Of a DNA stretch of 64,000 bases, positions 26,101-35,386 are shown piece after piece. A program made the translations under genes and the position numbers. Where the stretch lies: assembly GCA_051884775.1 (NCBI GenBank), contig JBJEVY010000070.1, positions 2,033 to 66,032 of the forward strand. Reading direction: 5' to 3'. This stretch comes from Candidatus Spyradenecus sp. (GTDB lineage: Bacteria > Verrucomicrobiota > Kiritimatiellia > RFP12 > DVOR01). How positions within the stretch are numbered: the first letter of the stretch is position 1; every line of letters starts with the position of its first letter. The notes beneath the pieces are model-generated. The model did no database searches. It saw only the letters and a list, made by a program, of their open reading frames with translations, and was not told the origin of the DNA.

Positions 26101-26989
26101 GGAGAGCGAGCTCGTCTTTGCCTCCAGCGCCTCCCTCGCCGAGGCCTTCGCCTTCCGCGAAACGCAGGCCGCGCGTGAAGTGCCGCGTTGGACCCGCTGG
26201 GTCGCCCCCTACCTCCGCCTGGCAGATGGCCGCCTGGTGGGCGATGAGGGCGAGTTCGACGAACCCGGCGCCACCGCCCTCTCCTCGCGCGCGCTGATGA
26301 CCCAAGCCGGGCGCATCCTCTACGAGCAGCCCGAGGCGCTGCGTAGCCACTCCGAGAACACGCTGCGTATCGTCCTGCGCGAGAATGGCGATGCCACCCT
26401 CTCCACCGAGACCTTCACCTGGGGCACTGCCGCCGGCGCCACCCGTCAGGCCCAGCGCGATATGACCCCCGAGGCCCGCCGCCGCAACATCGCCGCCATC
26501 GCCGACGCCCTTGCCCCCGGCGCCACCCCCGTCAGCGAATATGTGGTGGATACGGCGGCCTACCCGGTGCGCACCCGCCTGGCCGTGGAAGCCAAGGCCT
26601 ACGCCACGCGCCAGGGCGACCTCCTCAGCCTCCCGGTCCCGCTCGCCACCACCCTCTACGGTCTGCGGGGCACCACCCGCCGCAACCCCATCTTCCAGCC
26701 TGAAGTTGCCGGCACGGTCCGCACGGTGGATCTGTGGTTGCCCAAGGGCTCAGAGATCGTCTCCAAGCCCGAGCCCTACACTCACACGCTCCCGGGCGGC
26801 GGCACGATTGCCCTCACCTGCACCACCGAGGTCCTCCCCGTCACCGGCATCGTGCGCCTGACCTACACGGCCACCTACAGCGCCACCCCGGCCCTCCTCG
26901 ACCGCTGGTTCTACCCGGCCCTCACCGAGCTGGACCGCCGCCTGAACGCCCCGGCGATGGGCACGCTCGTCATCCGCTTGGGCAAGTAG
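23186..26989 (+). CDS. Large secreted DUF3857 / transglutaminase-like cysteine-protease-fold protein (1267 aa)
   Basis: Signal peptide. Transglutaminase-core-like segment GVCRDKGALLVAMYRLAGFEAFPV...NHAIVAIDL...DPTDD (candidate Cys-His-Asp). Own promoter TGgTATACT and aaaggag RBS upstream. Confidence 0.55.
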   Translation: MTKRMRVFVAALLAAGLVWALPPMPEVLDRAAALEKVAAAKAEDAPNANALTIAQAHYVQYEADGSETSWFDFWCKALTEAGAVELRDLPVWYKEGFSEAEIQVAEVVRLDGTVEPIDIAKNTSTATSNSSNASNIYDDKAKRLVLTVPRLEKGETLHVVLAQHIYRPRIPGTYSDVELFESTEAPMPYASLTILAPKELPLKATALIDEVPGTVTQSKETRADGRVLYRWVARNVPQTFPEENMPEESTQLQRVLVSTFSSWEELSMWYWELCVPHLKTTPAIEAKVKELTEGKSREEQISALFGFVAQGIRYMGIIAEDTAPGYEPHDVSLTFDNRYGVCRDKGALLVAMYRLAGFEAFPVLINAGSKRDKEVAIPYFNHAIVAIDLGNRNYNLVDPTDDTARAEMPGYLSDCTFLVCRPEGDTLQVTPVPSPEENCLRIATEGELDAAGTLTLSATLDFGGLNDTAYRPLFVKHPIERIRDRFDGILKRILPGAKIAELSFTPANPKDISQPLQVKLSAQVPGYALPDDAGHTMVTLPFLSRGFGMINFLFDGLAQPTRKYDWVISAPCSVRETVKLRGFDSLGQSALLPEDPIFKSNGASYDVTCKRDEQTGELTLTRAVELTQKTYTPENYQALRRFHERVRRQESVRPLFTKQTGLEEDAIVLKRLDFTTLNADGTRTRRQIKDTRILTFQGKRANGEVKLNYVPAFQKLTLAAAEVRTAQGDLVCVTEKERNTMDVDGAALTPRYPTAKQLVISLPAIEVGATSHLDWEIHSTDSRPFCETVTFGAAYPTEEQTYTLTLPTELAGNLRVAERNFGEANVERSVVTNGSNVTYSWTLRHLSALHSEGNTPAAELFRPTLHLALREAAAHRVLPGLIDQARAQVKTGSTAARAAAKALAKEADLRDQEAKLRAVQTFLARRIRPLGPAWTALPFGTLSAPDAVLADGYGNRLDRLLLRQAMLEALGVESELVFASSASLAEAFAFRETQAAREVPRWTRWVAPYLRLADGRLVGDEGEFDEPGATALSSRALMTQAGRILYEQPEALRSHSENTLRIVLRENGDATLSTETFTWGTAAGATRQAQRDMTPEARRRNIAAIADALAPGATPVSEYVVDTAAYPVRTRLAVEAKAYATRQGDLLSLPVPLATTLYGLRGTTRRNPIFQPEVAGTVRTVDLWLPKGSEIVSKPEPYTHTLPGGGTIALTCTTEVLPVTGIVRLTYTATYSATPALLDRWFYPALTELDRRLNAPAMGTLVIRLGK

Positions 26990-27000
26990 CCCCGCGCGCC

Positions 27001-28080
27001 ATGGCCCGGCCCTGCTGCATCCTTGGTGTCGAAAGCTCGTGCGACGAAACGGCCGCGGCCGTCGTCCGCAACGGCACCGAGGTCCTCTCTTCGGTCATCT
27101 ACTCCCAGGTGCCGCTCCACCAGCCCTATGGCGGCGTGGTGCCGGAGATTGCCTCGCGCTCGCACATCGAAAAGATCCGCGGCATCCTCGAGCAAGCCCT
27201 GGCCGAGGCCTTCCCCGGTGAGGCCGACCCCTGGGCGCAGGTCGATGCCATTGCCGCCACGCGTGGTCCGGGCCTGGCCGCCTCGTTGCTCGTGGGCTGG
27301 ACCGCCGCCAAGGGCCTTGCCCTCGCCCTGGGCAAGCCGCTCCTGCCCATCAACCACATGCACGCGCACCTCTGGTCGGTCTACCTCGACCACCCCGAGC
27401 GCTTCTCGCCGGACAACTACCCGCAGCTGGGCCTGGCCGTGAGCGGCGGGCACACCAGCTTCGTTGCGTGCACCTGCGCGCCCGAGGGACAGCTCGCCTA
27501 CCGCCTCCTCGGCCAGACCATCGACGATGCCGCCGGCGAGGCCTTCGACAAGGCCGCCAAGCTCCTCGGCCTGGGCTACCCGGGCGGCCCGGTCATCGAC
27601 CGCCTGGCGCGCACCGTCACCCTCGCCCCCGGCGAAAAGCCCATCCCCTTCCCCCTCGGCCGCGTCAGCGCCGAGCAGCCCCTCCCCGAGGGGCTCAGCC
27701 CCGAGCTCTGCGTCAGCTTCTCGGGCCTCAAGACCGCCCTGCTTACCTACGTGCGCAAGCACCCGCCCCAGAGCGAAGCCGAGGTGGCCAAGATCGCCTT
27801 CTCCTATCAAGAGGCCATCGTCGCGGCCCTCGCGCGCCGGGTGGAGCACGCCCTGGCCACCGGACGCTACCGCTCGCTCGCCCTCGGCGGCGGCGTCTCC
27901 CTCAACGGCCGCCTGCGCGCGGCCCTCACCCCGCTCTGCCAGCGCGCGGGCATCCCCCTGCTCTGCGCCGAAGCGCGCTACTGCGGCGACAACGCGGCAA
28001 TGATTGCCGGCGTGGCCCCGCGCGAAGTTGCCCACCCCACGCCCCTCGAGCTCGATATCGACCCCTCTTGGCCGATCTAA
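27001..28080 (+). CDS. tsaD: tRNA N6-adenosine threonylcarbamoyltransferase
   Basis: ILGVESSCDETAAAV, HMHAH and GGGVSLN Kae1/TsaD motifs. Confidence 0.9.
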   Translation: MARPCCILGVESSCDETAAAVVRNGTEVLSSVIYSQVPLHQPYGGVVPEIASRSHIEKIRGILEQALAEAFPGEADPWAQVDAIAATRGPGLAASLLVGWTAAKGLALALGKPLLPINHMHAHLWSVYLDHPERFSPDNYPQLGLAVSGGHTSFVACTCAPEGQLAYRLLGQTIDDAAGEAFDKAAKLLGLGYPGGPVIDRLARTVTLAPGEKPIPFPLGRVSAEQPLPEGLSPELCVSFSGLKTALLTYVRKHPPQSEAEVAKIAFSYQEAIVAALARRVEHALATGRYRSLALGGGVSLNGRLRAALTPLCQRAGIPLLCAEARYCGDNAAMIAGVAPREVAHPTPLELDIDPSWPI

Positions 28081-28096
28081 TCCCGGAGGTTTCCAG

Positions 28097-29620
28097 ATGC
28101 TGAAGAGAGCCTACGCCGCCGCCGTCCTCGGGATTGGCGCCAAGCCTGTTGAGATTGAAGTCCACGCCGTCCCCTCCGAAGATCCGCGCACCCGCGTGGT
28201 CGGCTTGCCCGATGCCGCCGTCAAGGAGAGTATCGACCGCATCCGCGCGGCCCTCAAGAACTCCGGCCTCAAGCTCCGCCCCCTCAACCTCACCATCAAC
28301 CTCGCTCCCGCCGACCTCCGCAAAGAGGGCCCGGTCTACGACCTGCCCATCGCACTGGCCCTCGTCGCCGCCGGCAGCGGCCTTAATATGCCCGCCCTCG
28401 AGCAGATCCCCGCCCTCGGCGAGCTCGCTCTCGGCGGCGAAGTCCGGCGCGTGCGCGGCGTCCTGCCCATCGTTCTGGCCCTCCGCCAAGCCGGCTTCAA
28501 ATATGTGATGGTCCCCGAGCCCAACGCCGATGAAGCGGCCCTCGTTGAAGGCATCGAGGTCTGGCCTGTGCGCTCCCTCACCCACGCCATCACCCTCCTG
28601 ACCGGCGGCGAGCCCCCGCAGGTCCGCCCCTGCGCCCAAAACCTCCTCGCCCACGAGGCCCCCGGCGATGACTTTGCCGATGTCAAAGGCCAGCTCGCCG
28701 CCCGCCGCGCCATCGAAGTCGCCGTCAGCGGTGGCCACAACCTCCTGATGATTGGCTCGCCCGGCTCGGGCAAGACGATGCTCGCGCGCCGAATCCCCTC
28801 CATCCTCCCCCCGCTCACCCCCGACGAAGCCCTCGAGGTCACCGCCATCCACTCCGTTGCCGGCACCCTCAAGGAAGCCGTCATCACCCGCCGCCCCTAC
28901 CGCGCCCCCCACCACACCGTCTCCGACGCCGGCCTCATCGGCGGCGGCACCCACCCCACCCCCGGCGAAGTCTCCCTCGCCCACCGCGGCGTCCTCTTCC
29001 TCGATGAACTCCCCGAGTTCCACCGCCGCGTCCTTGAAGTCCTCCGCCAGCCCCTCGAAGATGGCGCCGTCACCATCGCCCGCTCCGCCGGCACCCTCAC
29101 CTTCCCCGCCGACTTCATGCTCGTGGCCGCCATGAACCCCTGCCCCTGCGGCTTCGCGGGCGACCCCAAGCGCGCCTGCCGCTGCCCCGAAACCGCCATT
29201 CGCAACTACCGCGCCCGCGTCTCAGGCCCCCTCCTCGACCGCATCGACCTCCACGTCGAGGTCCCCGCCGTCCCCTTCGAGGCCCTCGCCAACGCTGCCC
29301 CCGGCGAGAGCTCGGCCACCATCCGCGAGCGCGTCCTCCGCGTTCGCGCCCTCCAAGCCGAACGCTACCGCGCCCTCCCCAACATCCGCTGCAATGCCGA
29401 CCTCCCTGCCGGCAAACTCCAGACCTTCTGCCCCCTCGAGCCCGCCGCCCAGACCCTCCTGCGCTCGGCGATGGACGAGCTTGCCCTCACCGCCCGCGCC
29501 TATACCCGCATCCTCCGCGTGGCCCGCACCATCGCCGATATGGCCGGCTCGGAGGTGCTCACCCAAGCCCACCTCTTTGAGGCTATCCAATACCGCGCCC
29601 TCGACCGCGCCCAGTGGTAG
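28097..29620 (+). CDS. YifB/ComM-family Mg-chelatase-like AAA+ ATPase
   Basis: N-terminal Lon-like domain, Walker A GSPGSGKTM, FLDELPEF Walker B, C-terminal Mg_chelatase_C. Confidence 0.85.
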   Translation: MLKRAYAAAVLGIGAKPVEIEVHAVPSEDPRTRVVGLPDAAVKESIDRIRAALKNSGLKLRPLNLTINLAPADLRKEGPVYDLPIALALVAAGSGLNMPALEQIPALGELALGGEVRRVRGVLPIVLALRQAGFKYVMVPEPNADEAALVEGIEVWPVRSLTHAITLLTGGEPPQVRPCAQNLLAHEAPGDDFADVKGQLAARRAIEVAVSGGHNLLMIGSPGSGKTMLARRIPSILPPLTPDEALEVTAIHSVAGTLKEAVITRRPYRAPHHTVSDAGLIGGGTHPTPGEVSLAHRGVLFLDELPEFHRRVLEVLRQPLEDGAVTIARSAGTLTFPADFMLVAAMNPCPCGFAGDPKRACRCPETAIRNYRARVSGPLLDRIDLHVEVPAVPFEALANAAPGESSATIRERVLRVRALQAERYRALPNIRCNADLPAGKLQTFCPLEPAAQTLLRSAMDELALTARAYTRILRVARTIADMAGSEVLTQAHLFEAIQYRALDRAQW

Positions 29621-29653
29621 CGCGCTGCCGCGCGCAGCCGTTAGCGATTAGCG

Positions 29654-29734
29654 GCTAGGCTAGCGATTAGCTGTTAGCGGCTGGGCTAGCGATTAGCTGT
29701 TAGCGGCTAGCGGTTAGCGGATGGCGACATGGGG
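29654..29734. repeat. Tandem repeat of TTAGCG-based units (tagcgattagcKgttagcggctRggc x3), followed by GC-rich palindromes (gcgagcgcgc-aac-gcgcgctcgc)
   Basis: Read directly. Lies between comM and the rhuM islet. Confidence 0.8.
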
Positions 29735-29871
29735 GCTTCTCGCCCCCACCCCCTCGGGAGCGCAGGGCGCTCCTCCCCGCCGCGAGCGCGCAACGCGCGC
29801 TCGCTTGTCAGTTCCCCCTGGGCCAAAATTATGGTATACTCTTGCTAACCTAGTTGACTTTGGAGAATACC

Positions 29872-30930
29872 GTGACGAAGCAAAACACCCCCCCGATGGC
29901 CGGAGACTTATTACCTGTTCGCAATTCAACGGCGGAGTTTTTGACCTTTGCCCGCGAACACGGGGCAAACACCATCGCCGTTCGCTTTCAAGATGGCATG
30001 CTGTGGCTGACGATGACAGGCATTGCCGCCCTCTTTGAGGTGGATAAATCTGTTATTTCGAGACACTTATCAAACATCTTTGCCGCGCAGGAGCTCTCGG
30101 AAGCGGCAACTGTTGCAAAATATGCAACAGTTCGTCAGGAGGGGGCCCGGCAGGTGGAGCGGCAGCTCGACTACTACAACCTAGAGGCCATCATCGCCGT
30201 GGGCTATCGCGTCAATTCCACCCGGGCAACGGAGTTCCGCCGGTGGGCAACGGGCGTGTTGCGGGACTTCTCGATGCGCGGCTATGTCATCGACCGCAAG
30301 CGGATGGAAAATGGCACCTTCTTGGGCGAGGACTACTTTGAGCACCTGCTCTCCGAAATCCGCGAGATCCGCCTGAGCGAGCGGCGCTTCTACCAAAAGA
30401 TCACCGACATCTACGCCACGGCGATGGACTATGACAAGCATGCCGAAGAGACCCGCAGCTTCTTCGCCAAGGTCCAGAACAAACTTCACTATGCCGTTCA
30501 CGGCCACACGGCAGCCGAGTTGATTTGGGAACGCGCCGATGCCCGTCAGGAACATATGGGCCTCACCACCTGGGAGAAGGCCCCTGAGGGCAAAATCGTT
30601 AAGGCCGATGTGGGGATTGCCAAAAACTATCTTACGCGCGAAGAGCTTGAGTCGCTTGGCAGCATTGTCAATGCCTACCTTGACCTGGCCGAACGGCAGG
30701 CCAAGAAACAGATTCCGATGACCATGGCCGATTGGGCCAAACACCTCGACCGCATCCTGCTGGCCACTGGCGATGAGCTGCTCACCCGTGCCAGTGAAAT
30801 CTCAATGGAGATTGCCCAGGCCAAGGCCGAATCCGAGTTCGACAAGTTCCGCGTCCAGCAAGACCTCGCCTATCAGAGCGACTTTGATCAGTTGCTCAAT
30901 GAGGTAGCCCCCTCTCTCGCGGGGCGTTAG
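29872..30930 (+). CDS. RhuM-family (virulence-associated) protein in a low-GC islet
   Basis: Resembles the RhuM family (Salmonella SPI-3) in length and N-terminal pattern. Visibly AT-richer than its surroundings. GTG at 29872 preceded by ggagaa; TTG at 29854 is an alternative start. Confidence 0.6.
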   Translation: MTKQNTPPMAGDLLPVRNSTAEFLTFAREHGANTIAVRFQDGMLWLTMTGIAALFEVDKSVISRHLSNIFAAQELSEAATVAKYATVRQEGARQVERQLDYYNLEAIIAVGYRVNSTRATEFRRWATGVLRDFSMRGYVIDRKRMENGTFLGEDYFEHLLSEIREIRLSERRFYQKITDIYATAMDYDKHAEETRSFFAKVQNKLHYAVHGHTAAELIWERADARQEHMGLTTWEKAPEGKIVKADVGIAKNYLTREELESLGSIVNAYLDLAERQAKKQIPMTMADWAKHLDRILLATGDELLTRASEISMEIAQAKAESEFDKFRVQQDLAYQSDFDQLLNEVAPSLAGR

Positions 30931-31526
30931 GCCTGCCGATAGAGCTCCGGGTGGGCGCGAAGATAGGGCACGATAGCGGCCGGCAGGGCAGCCGGGATCT
31001 CCCCTGCGGCAAGGGCGGCACGGAGATTGGTGCTCGAAAGATCGAGCAGCGGACCTTGCAGCCGGTGGGCTAGCAGTTTGGGAGAGAAGGGGTGCTCGGG
31101 GGGCTCAACGCCCGGGCGGTCAAAGGCGATAAAGTGGCAAAGGGTTAGCAACGCCTCCGGGTGGTGCCACTTGGGAAAGGAGACCACCGAGTCCATCCCG
31201 AGAATGAACCAGAAGTCGGCCTGCGGCTCGGCGGCGCGGAGGGCGCGGAGCGTGTCGACGGTATAGACGGCACCCGAGGGATAACACTCGCGCAGGTCGA
31301 GGGTGAGGTGTGGATAGCCGGCGAGCGCGAGGCGGAGCATGGCGCAACGGGCATCGACCGGGGTCGCCCGGCGGCTTTTGAGGGCCTGCTGGGCGCAGGG
31401 CATCAGGCGAACTTCATCCAGGGCGAAGGCTTCGCGAGCGGCTTCGGCCAGGGCGAGGTGGGCGCGATGGACGGGGTCGAAGGAGCCCCCGAGCAGGCCG
31501 ATGCGGCGCGCGGGCTGAGCCATCAC
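30927..31526 (-). CDS. nadD: Nicotinate-nucleotide adenylyltransferase
   Basis: GGSFDPVHRAH (HxGH) motif. Overlaps the rhuM stop by 4 nt and the upstream rodZ-like stop. Confidence 0.85.
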   Translation of the reverse strand: MMAQPARRIGLLGGSFDPVHRAHLALAEAAREAFALDEVRLMPCAQQALKSRRATPVDARCAMLRLALAGYPHLTLDLRECYPSGAVYTVDTLRALRAAEPQADFWFILGMDSVVSFPKWHHPEALLTLCHFIAFDRPGVEPPEHPFSPKLLAHRLQGPLLDLSSTNLRAALAAGEIPAALPAAIVPYLRAHPELYRQA

Positions 31527-32554
31527 TTGAAGTAGGGCGCGGGCGGTTCGCCGAGCGAGCGGGGTGTAAAGGCCTTGGGGGCCGTTGTACCCGAAAGGCC
31601 AACTTCAACCTCGGCCGCTTCCGACATCCGAAAGACGTAGCGGAAGGCGAAGACAAGCCCGGTGACAATCAGCAGCCCCACAAGCATCGCGCTCATCTGG
31701 GCAATGCGGCGCGGCGTCAAGAAGGGGGCGGACTCGGCATCCAACCGGCGGACCTTGGGGCGCGTGATCAGGCGGATAAGGGCATTGACCGAGCCCACCA
31801 TCGCCTTCCCGGCCGAGAGCAAGGTGCCGAGCCAAGGGCTTGTGGGGTCTTCGACCGGGTGTTGCGGGCCGAAGATGGCGCCTTGCGGCCCGGGCATGGG
31901 GGCGCGGACCGGAAGCGCCTGGCGAATGGCCGTGCGCGGCTTGGGCGCGCTCTCCGGCATGGGCGCAGGGGCCGGCGCGGCGGGCTGGCGCGGGAGTTCA
32001 TCCCCGCGCAGCGTAAAGGGCTCCTCGGCAGGTTGTGCAAGGGGAGAAGGTGGGGTATCGACCGGCGGGATGTCGGCGCTCTCCGGGACCGGGGAGGAGG
32101 CCGTGTCGGTCGAGACCGGCGGCATCTCAGGCTTGGGGACTGCGGTGGAGAGCGCTTCGGCAGAGGCAACAAACTTGTGCCCGGTGGAGACATGAATGGC
32201 GGCGGGGTCTTCCTTCGGGGGAAGGGTGCGATGGGCGCCGGTGTGGATGGGCTCGTGGGGCTTCTCGGGGAGGCCTCGGACATTCGGATGGGAGACCGGG
32301 CCGAGGTCACCGCCGCGCCCTTCGGCAGCAATGAGCGCATTGTAATCGGCTTCAAGGGGCTTGGAATCGATGCCCAGTTCGCGGCAGTAGTTCCGAATGT
32401 AACCGCGGCCGTAGGCAGGGGCAACGATGCGCTTGAGATTCTCGGTTTCGAGCATCTCAACAAAGCAGGTGCGCATATTCATCCGCTCGGCGATATACTC
32501 GCGTGTCCAGCCGTGTTCCAAACGTTTCTGCTTAAGGATTTCACCAAATGCCAT
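31523..32554 (-). CDS. RodZ-like HTH (XRE-type) membrane protein
   Basis: N-terminal HTH (FGEILKQKRLEHGWTREYIAERMNM), Pro-rich linker, one TM helix (MLVGLLIVTGLVFAF). Confidence 0.5.
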   Translation of the reverse strand: MAFGEILKQKRLEHGWTREYIAERMNMRTCFVEMLETENLKRIVAPAYGRGYIRNYCRELGIDSKPLEADYNALIAAEGRGGDLGPVSHPNVRGLPEKPHEPIHTGAHRTLPPKEDPAAIHVSTGHKFVASAEALSTAVPKPEMPPVSTDTASSPVPESADIPPVDTPPSPLAQPAEEPFTLRGDELPRQPAAPAPAPMPESAPKPRTAIRQALPVRAPMPGPQGAIFGPQHPVEDPTSPWLGTLLSAGKAMVGSVNALIRLITRPKVRRLDAESAPFLTPRRIAQMSAMLVGLLIVTGLVFAFRYVFRMSEAAEVEVGLSGTTAPKAFTPRSLGEPPAPYFK

Positions 32555-32575
32555 AGCTGCTCTCCTTGGTGGGGC

Positions 32576-35386
32576 CTAGCACTCGGGCGCGTCGAGGCTA
32601 GCGGGGTCAAAGTCTCCCAGGTCGGGGATATCGGCGGCGGCCGGGAGGGCCTCGTCGGTCGGTTCGTAGGTAAAGTCTTGGGATGCGGATGGTTGCGGCG
32701 CTTGCTCGGGGGCGGCGGCCTCGGTGGCGAGGCGCTCCTCAAGCTCGCGCTGGGCGAGGGCATTGAGGTCCACCAGGATTTCGCGCGAGCCGCCAGCCTT
32801 GCCGCTGGGGCCGATGATACCGCGCTCTTCGAGCATATCGGTGATGCGCCCGGCCTTGTTATACCCAATCCCCAAGCGGCGCTGAAGGGCGGAGGTGGAG
32901 AAGCGGCCATTCTGGCGAATGTATTCAAGGGCACGCTGGTAGAGGCCCTCATCGCTCTTGTCATCCCCGGGGGCAAGGCTGGCGGCCGCGTTGTCGAGGG
33001 GTGCGGCGGATTCGGGGACGAACTCGGAGATAAGGGAGGAGACATCGTCCTGCGGCTTGTCTTCCTTGATGCGGTCGATGGTGTCGGCCAAGACGTGATC
33101 GAAGGCCGGACCGGCTTGCTCCTTGATGAAGTTGCAGATACGGGCAATCTCGCCATCGCTGACCCAAGCGGCCTGGGAGCGCTCGGGGGCGCGCCCACCG
33201 CGTGCCAAGAGCATATCGCCCTTGCCGATGAGATTCTCGGCGCCGACTTCATCAAGGATGGTGCGCGAATCGTTGCCCTGGGTCACGCGCAGGGCGATAC
33301 GGCCGGGAATGTTGGCCTTGATCGTGCCGGTGATGACGTTGGTGGTGGGGCGCTGAGTGGCGATGATGAGGTGGATGCCGGCCGCGCGCGCCTTCTGGGT
33401 GAGCGAGGTGATGGGCGGCTCAATGTCGGACTTCACATCGAGCATCAGGTCGGCGAGCTCGTCGATGACGATGACGATGTACGGGAGGCGCTGGATGGGG
33501 TTGTTGCGATCGGGGAGCGGGGCCTCAACGCGGCGGTTGTAGTCGGAGATATTGCGCACGCCGTAGGTCTGAAGTTGCCGATAGCGGCGATTCATCTCCA
33601 TCACCGCCCAACGCAGCACAAAGACCACCTTCTTGGGCTCAACAACCACGGGGTTGAGCAGATGCGGCAGGTCATCGTAGGCCGTGAACTCCACGCGCTT
33701 GGGGTCCACCATAATCAGGCGCAACTGGTCCGGCCGCCGGCACATCAAGAGCCCCACGAGCATATCGTTGACGGCCACGGACTTACCCGACCCGGTGCCG
33801 CCGGCCACCAGCAGGTGGGGCATCTCGGCCAGATCCACAATCAAATCGCCGCCCGTGGCGAGCTTGCCCAGCGCCAGGGGCAGGGCCATCTTGCGCTCAG
33901 CCTGGAGCCAGGCATCGCCCTCAAGCACTTCGCGCAGCGTAACCGATTGGCGGACCGTGTTGGGCACTTCAATGCCCACCACATCGCGCCCCGGGATGGG
34001 GGCCTGGATGCGGATGCTTTCGGCGCGCAAGGCCATCAGCAGGTTGCTCTCGTAGGTCTTGAAGCGCTCGAGCTTCACGCCCGGCGCGGGCATCACCTCA
34101 AAGAGCGTCAACACCGGGCCGCGGATTTGCCCAACCACCTGCGCAGCAATGCCAAACTGCTGGAAGACGCTCTCAATGGCGTTAATGGCCAGCTGCAGGT
34201 CATCGGCATCCTTGGCGCGCGGCGGGATGGGATCGAGCAGATCGGTCGAGGGCATCGTGTAATCGGGCACCGCAGGCTCGGCAGGCGCATCGTTATCATT
34301 GGCGGCGATAGCCGGACCGGTGACGGCCTTGAGGGGCGAAACGGGCTTGAGCGCAGCCGGGTTGTCCCCACTCAGGGTGAAGGGCGGCTCTGGCGCTGGA
34401 GCCGGCGCAGGCGGAGGAGGCGGGGGCGGAGGAGGCGGGGGCGGCGGTGCCGGTTTCGGCTCGGGGGCGCGCGGGCGCTCACCCAGGGCAAGCTGAACCT
34501 CGTCCTCCTCGCGCTGGGCGTAGGCGTTTGCACTCCAATCGGCCCCACCCTCGACTTCGGGGGCTGCGCGGCGGGCGAGGAGGTCGCGCGGGTCGAGCGT
34601 TTCGGCGGCGGCCTCGGCCTTGCGGCGAAAGAGCGCAGTGACAAACCCGCGCAGCGTCTTGGCCTCGGGGGCGGACGGCGGCAGCACGGCAGCCTGTTGG
34701 CGCTCGGCAAGCAGGGCGCGCTTGGCCTCCTCTTCGCTGCTCAATTCACGCTGCGGCTCGCGCGGCATGGTCAGGCGCACGAGCAGCAGGAGCGTGTTGC
34801 GCACGCCAACAACGAGCAGGGTGAAGACGAGCGTCAGCACCCAGAGTAGCAGTTGCAGACCAAAGGAGCCCAGCAGCGGGCGGAGGTGCTCGGTGACAAT
34901 CCACTGCCCAAACGCGCCGCCGGCATTGGGGCGCAAATTGAGGTCGGCCAAAAGGGGAATGGTGGCCCCCGTGTCGCCGCCGCAGACTTGGAAGAGGCAG
35001 GCGAGCGTGACATAGAGCCCCGCCATCCAAAGCACGCGCAAGCGGAAGAAGCGGACGCGGCCATGGAGCAGGAAGCCGGTCAAAAGGGCCAGCAGGGGGA
35101 AGGCCGCGTAGCGATAGGCCAATCCGGCCAACCCGTAGCCATAGAAGGTCATCCACGCGCCCAGTTTGCCCACGCGGTTCATCACCAGACCATCCGGCGG
35201 CGAAGGCGGGTTGCAGAGCCAGGAGACATCGCGCCAATCGTAGGTCAGCATCGCCACCAACGCCACCACCCAGTAGAGCGCGCAGAGCACCCCCAGAACG
35301 CGCCGGTGCAAGACGACCCGTTCGGAGACCACGCCTGGCTCCTCTAGCGGTTCAAGCGGCCGCATCTGCTGCCCTCTCTTGGCCAT
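32576..35386 (-). CDS. ftsK: DNA translocase FtsK/SpoIIIE
   Basis: N-terminal polytopic membrane domain. Pro13 linker. Motor with Walker A GGTGSGKS. C-terminal gamma domain (winged helix ...RRLGIGYNKAGRITDMLE...). Confidence 0.9.
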   Translation of the reverse strand: MAKRGQQMRPLEPLEEPGVVSERVVLHRRVLGVLCALYWVVALVAMLTYDWRDVSWLCNPPSPPDGLVMNRVGKLGAWMTFYGYGLAGLAYRYAAFPLLALLTGFLLHGRVRFFRLRVLWMAGLYVTLACLFQVCGGDTGATIPLLADLNLRPNAGGAFGQWIVTEHLRPLLGSFGLQLLLWVLTLVFTLLVVGVRNTLLLLVRLTMPREPQRELSSEEEAKRALLAERQQAAVLPPSAPEAKTLRGFVTALFRRKAEAAAETLDPRDLLARRAAPEVEGGADWSANAYAQREEDEVQLALGERPRAPEPKPAPPPPPPPPPPPPPAPAPAPEPPFTLSGDNPAALKPVSPLKAVTGPAIAANDNDAPAEPAVPDYTMPSTDLLDPIPPRAKDADDLQLAINAIESVFQQFGIAAQVVGQIRGPVLTLFEVMPAPGVKLERFKTYESNLLMALRAESIRIQAPIPGRDVVGIEVPNTVRQSVTLREVLEGDAWLQAERKMALPLALGKLATGGDLIVDLAEMPHLLVAGGTGSGKSVAVNDMLVGLLMCRRPDQLRLIMVDPKRVEFTAYDDLPHLLNPVVVEPKKVVFVLRWAVMEMNRRYRQLQTYGVRNISDYNRRVEAPLPDRNNPIQRLPYIVIVIDELADLMLDVKSDIEPPITSLTQKARAAGIHLIIATQRPTTNVITGTIKANIPGRIALRVTQGNDSRTILDEVGAENLIGKGDMLLARGGRAPERSQAAWVSDGEIARICNFIKEQAGPAFDHVLADTIDRIKEDKPQDDVSSLISEFVPESAAPLDNAAASLAPGDDKSDEGLYQRALEYIRQNGRFSTSALQRRLGIGYNKAGRITDMLEERGIIGPSGKAGGSREILVDLNALAQRELEERLATEAAAPEQAPQPSASQDFTYEPTDEALPAAADIPDLGDFDPASLDAPEC

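Noticed and set aside
29800-30930. Calling the RhuM islet or the R-M islet (40115-44221) a mobile element
   Set aside because: There is compositional evidence only. No integrase, transposase, att-like direct repeats or flanking tRNA was seen, so only CDS calls were made.
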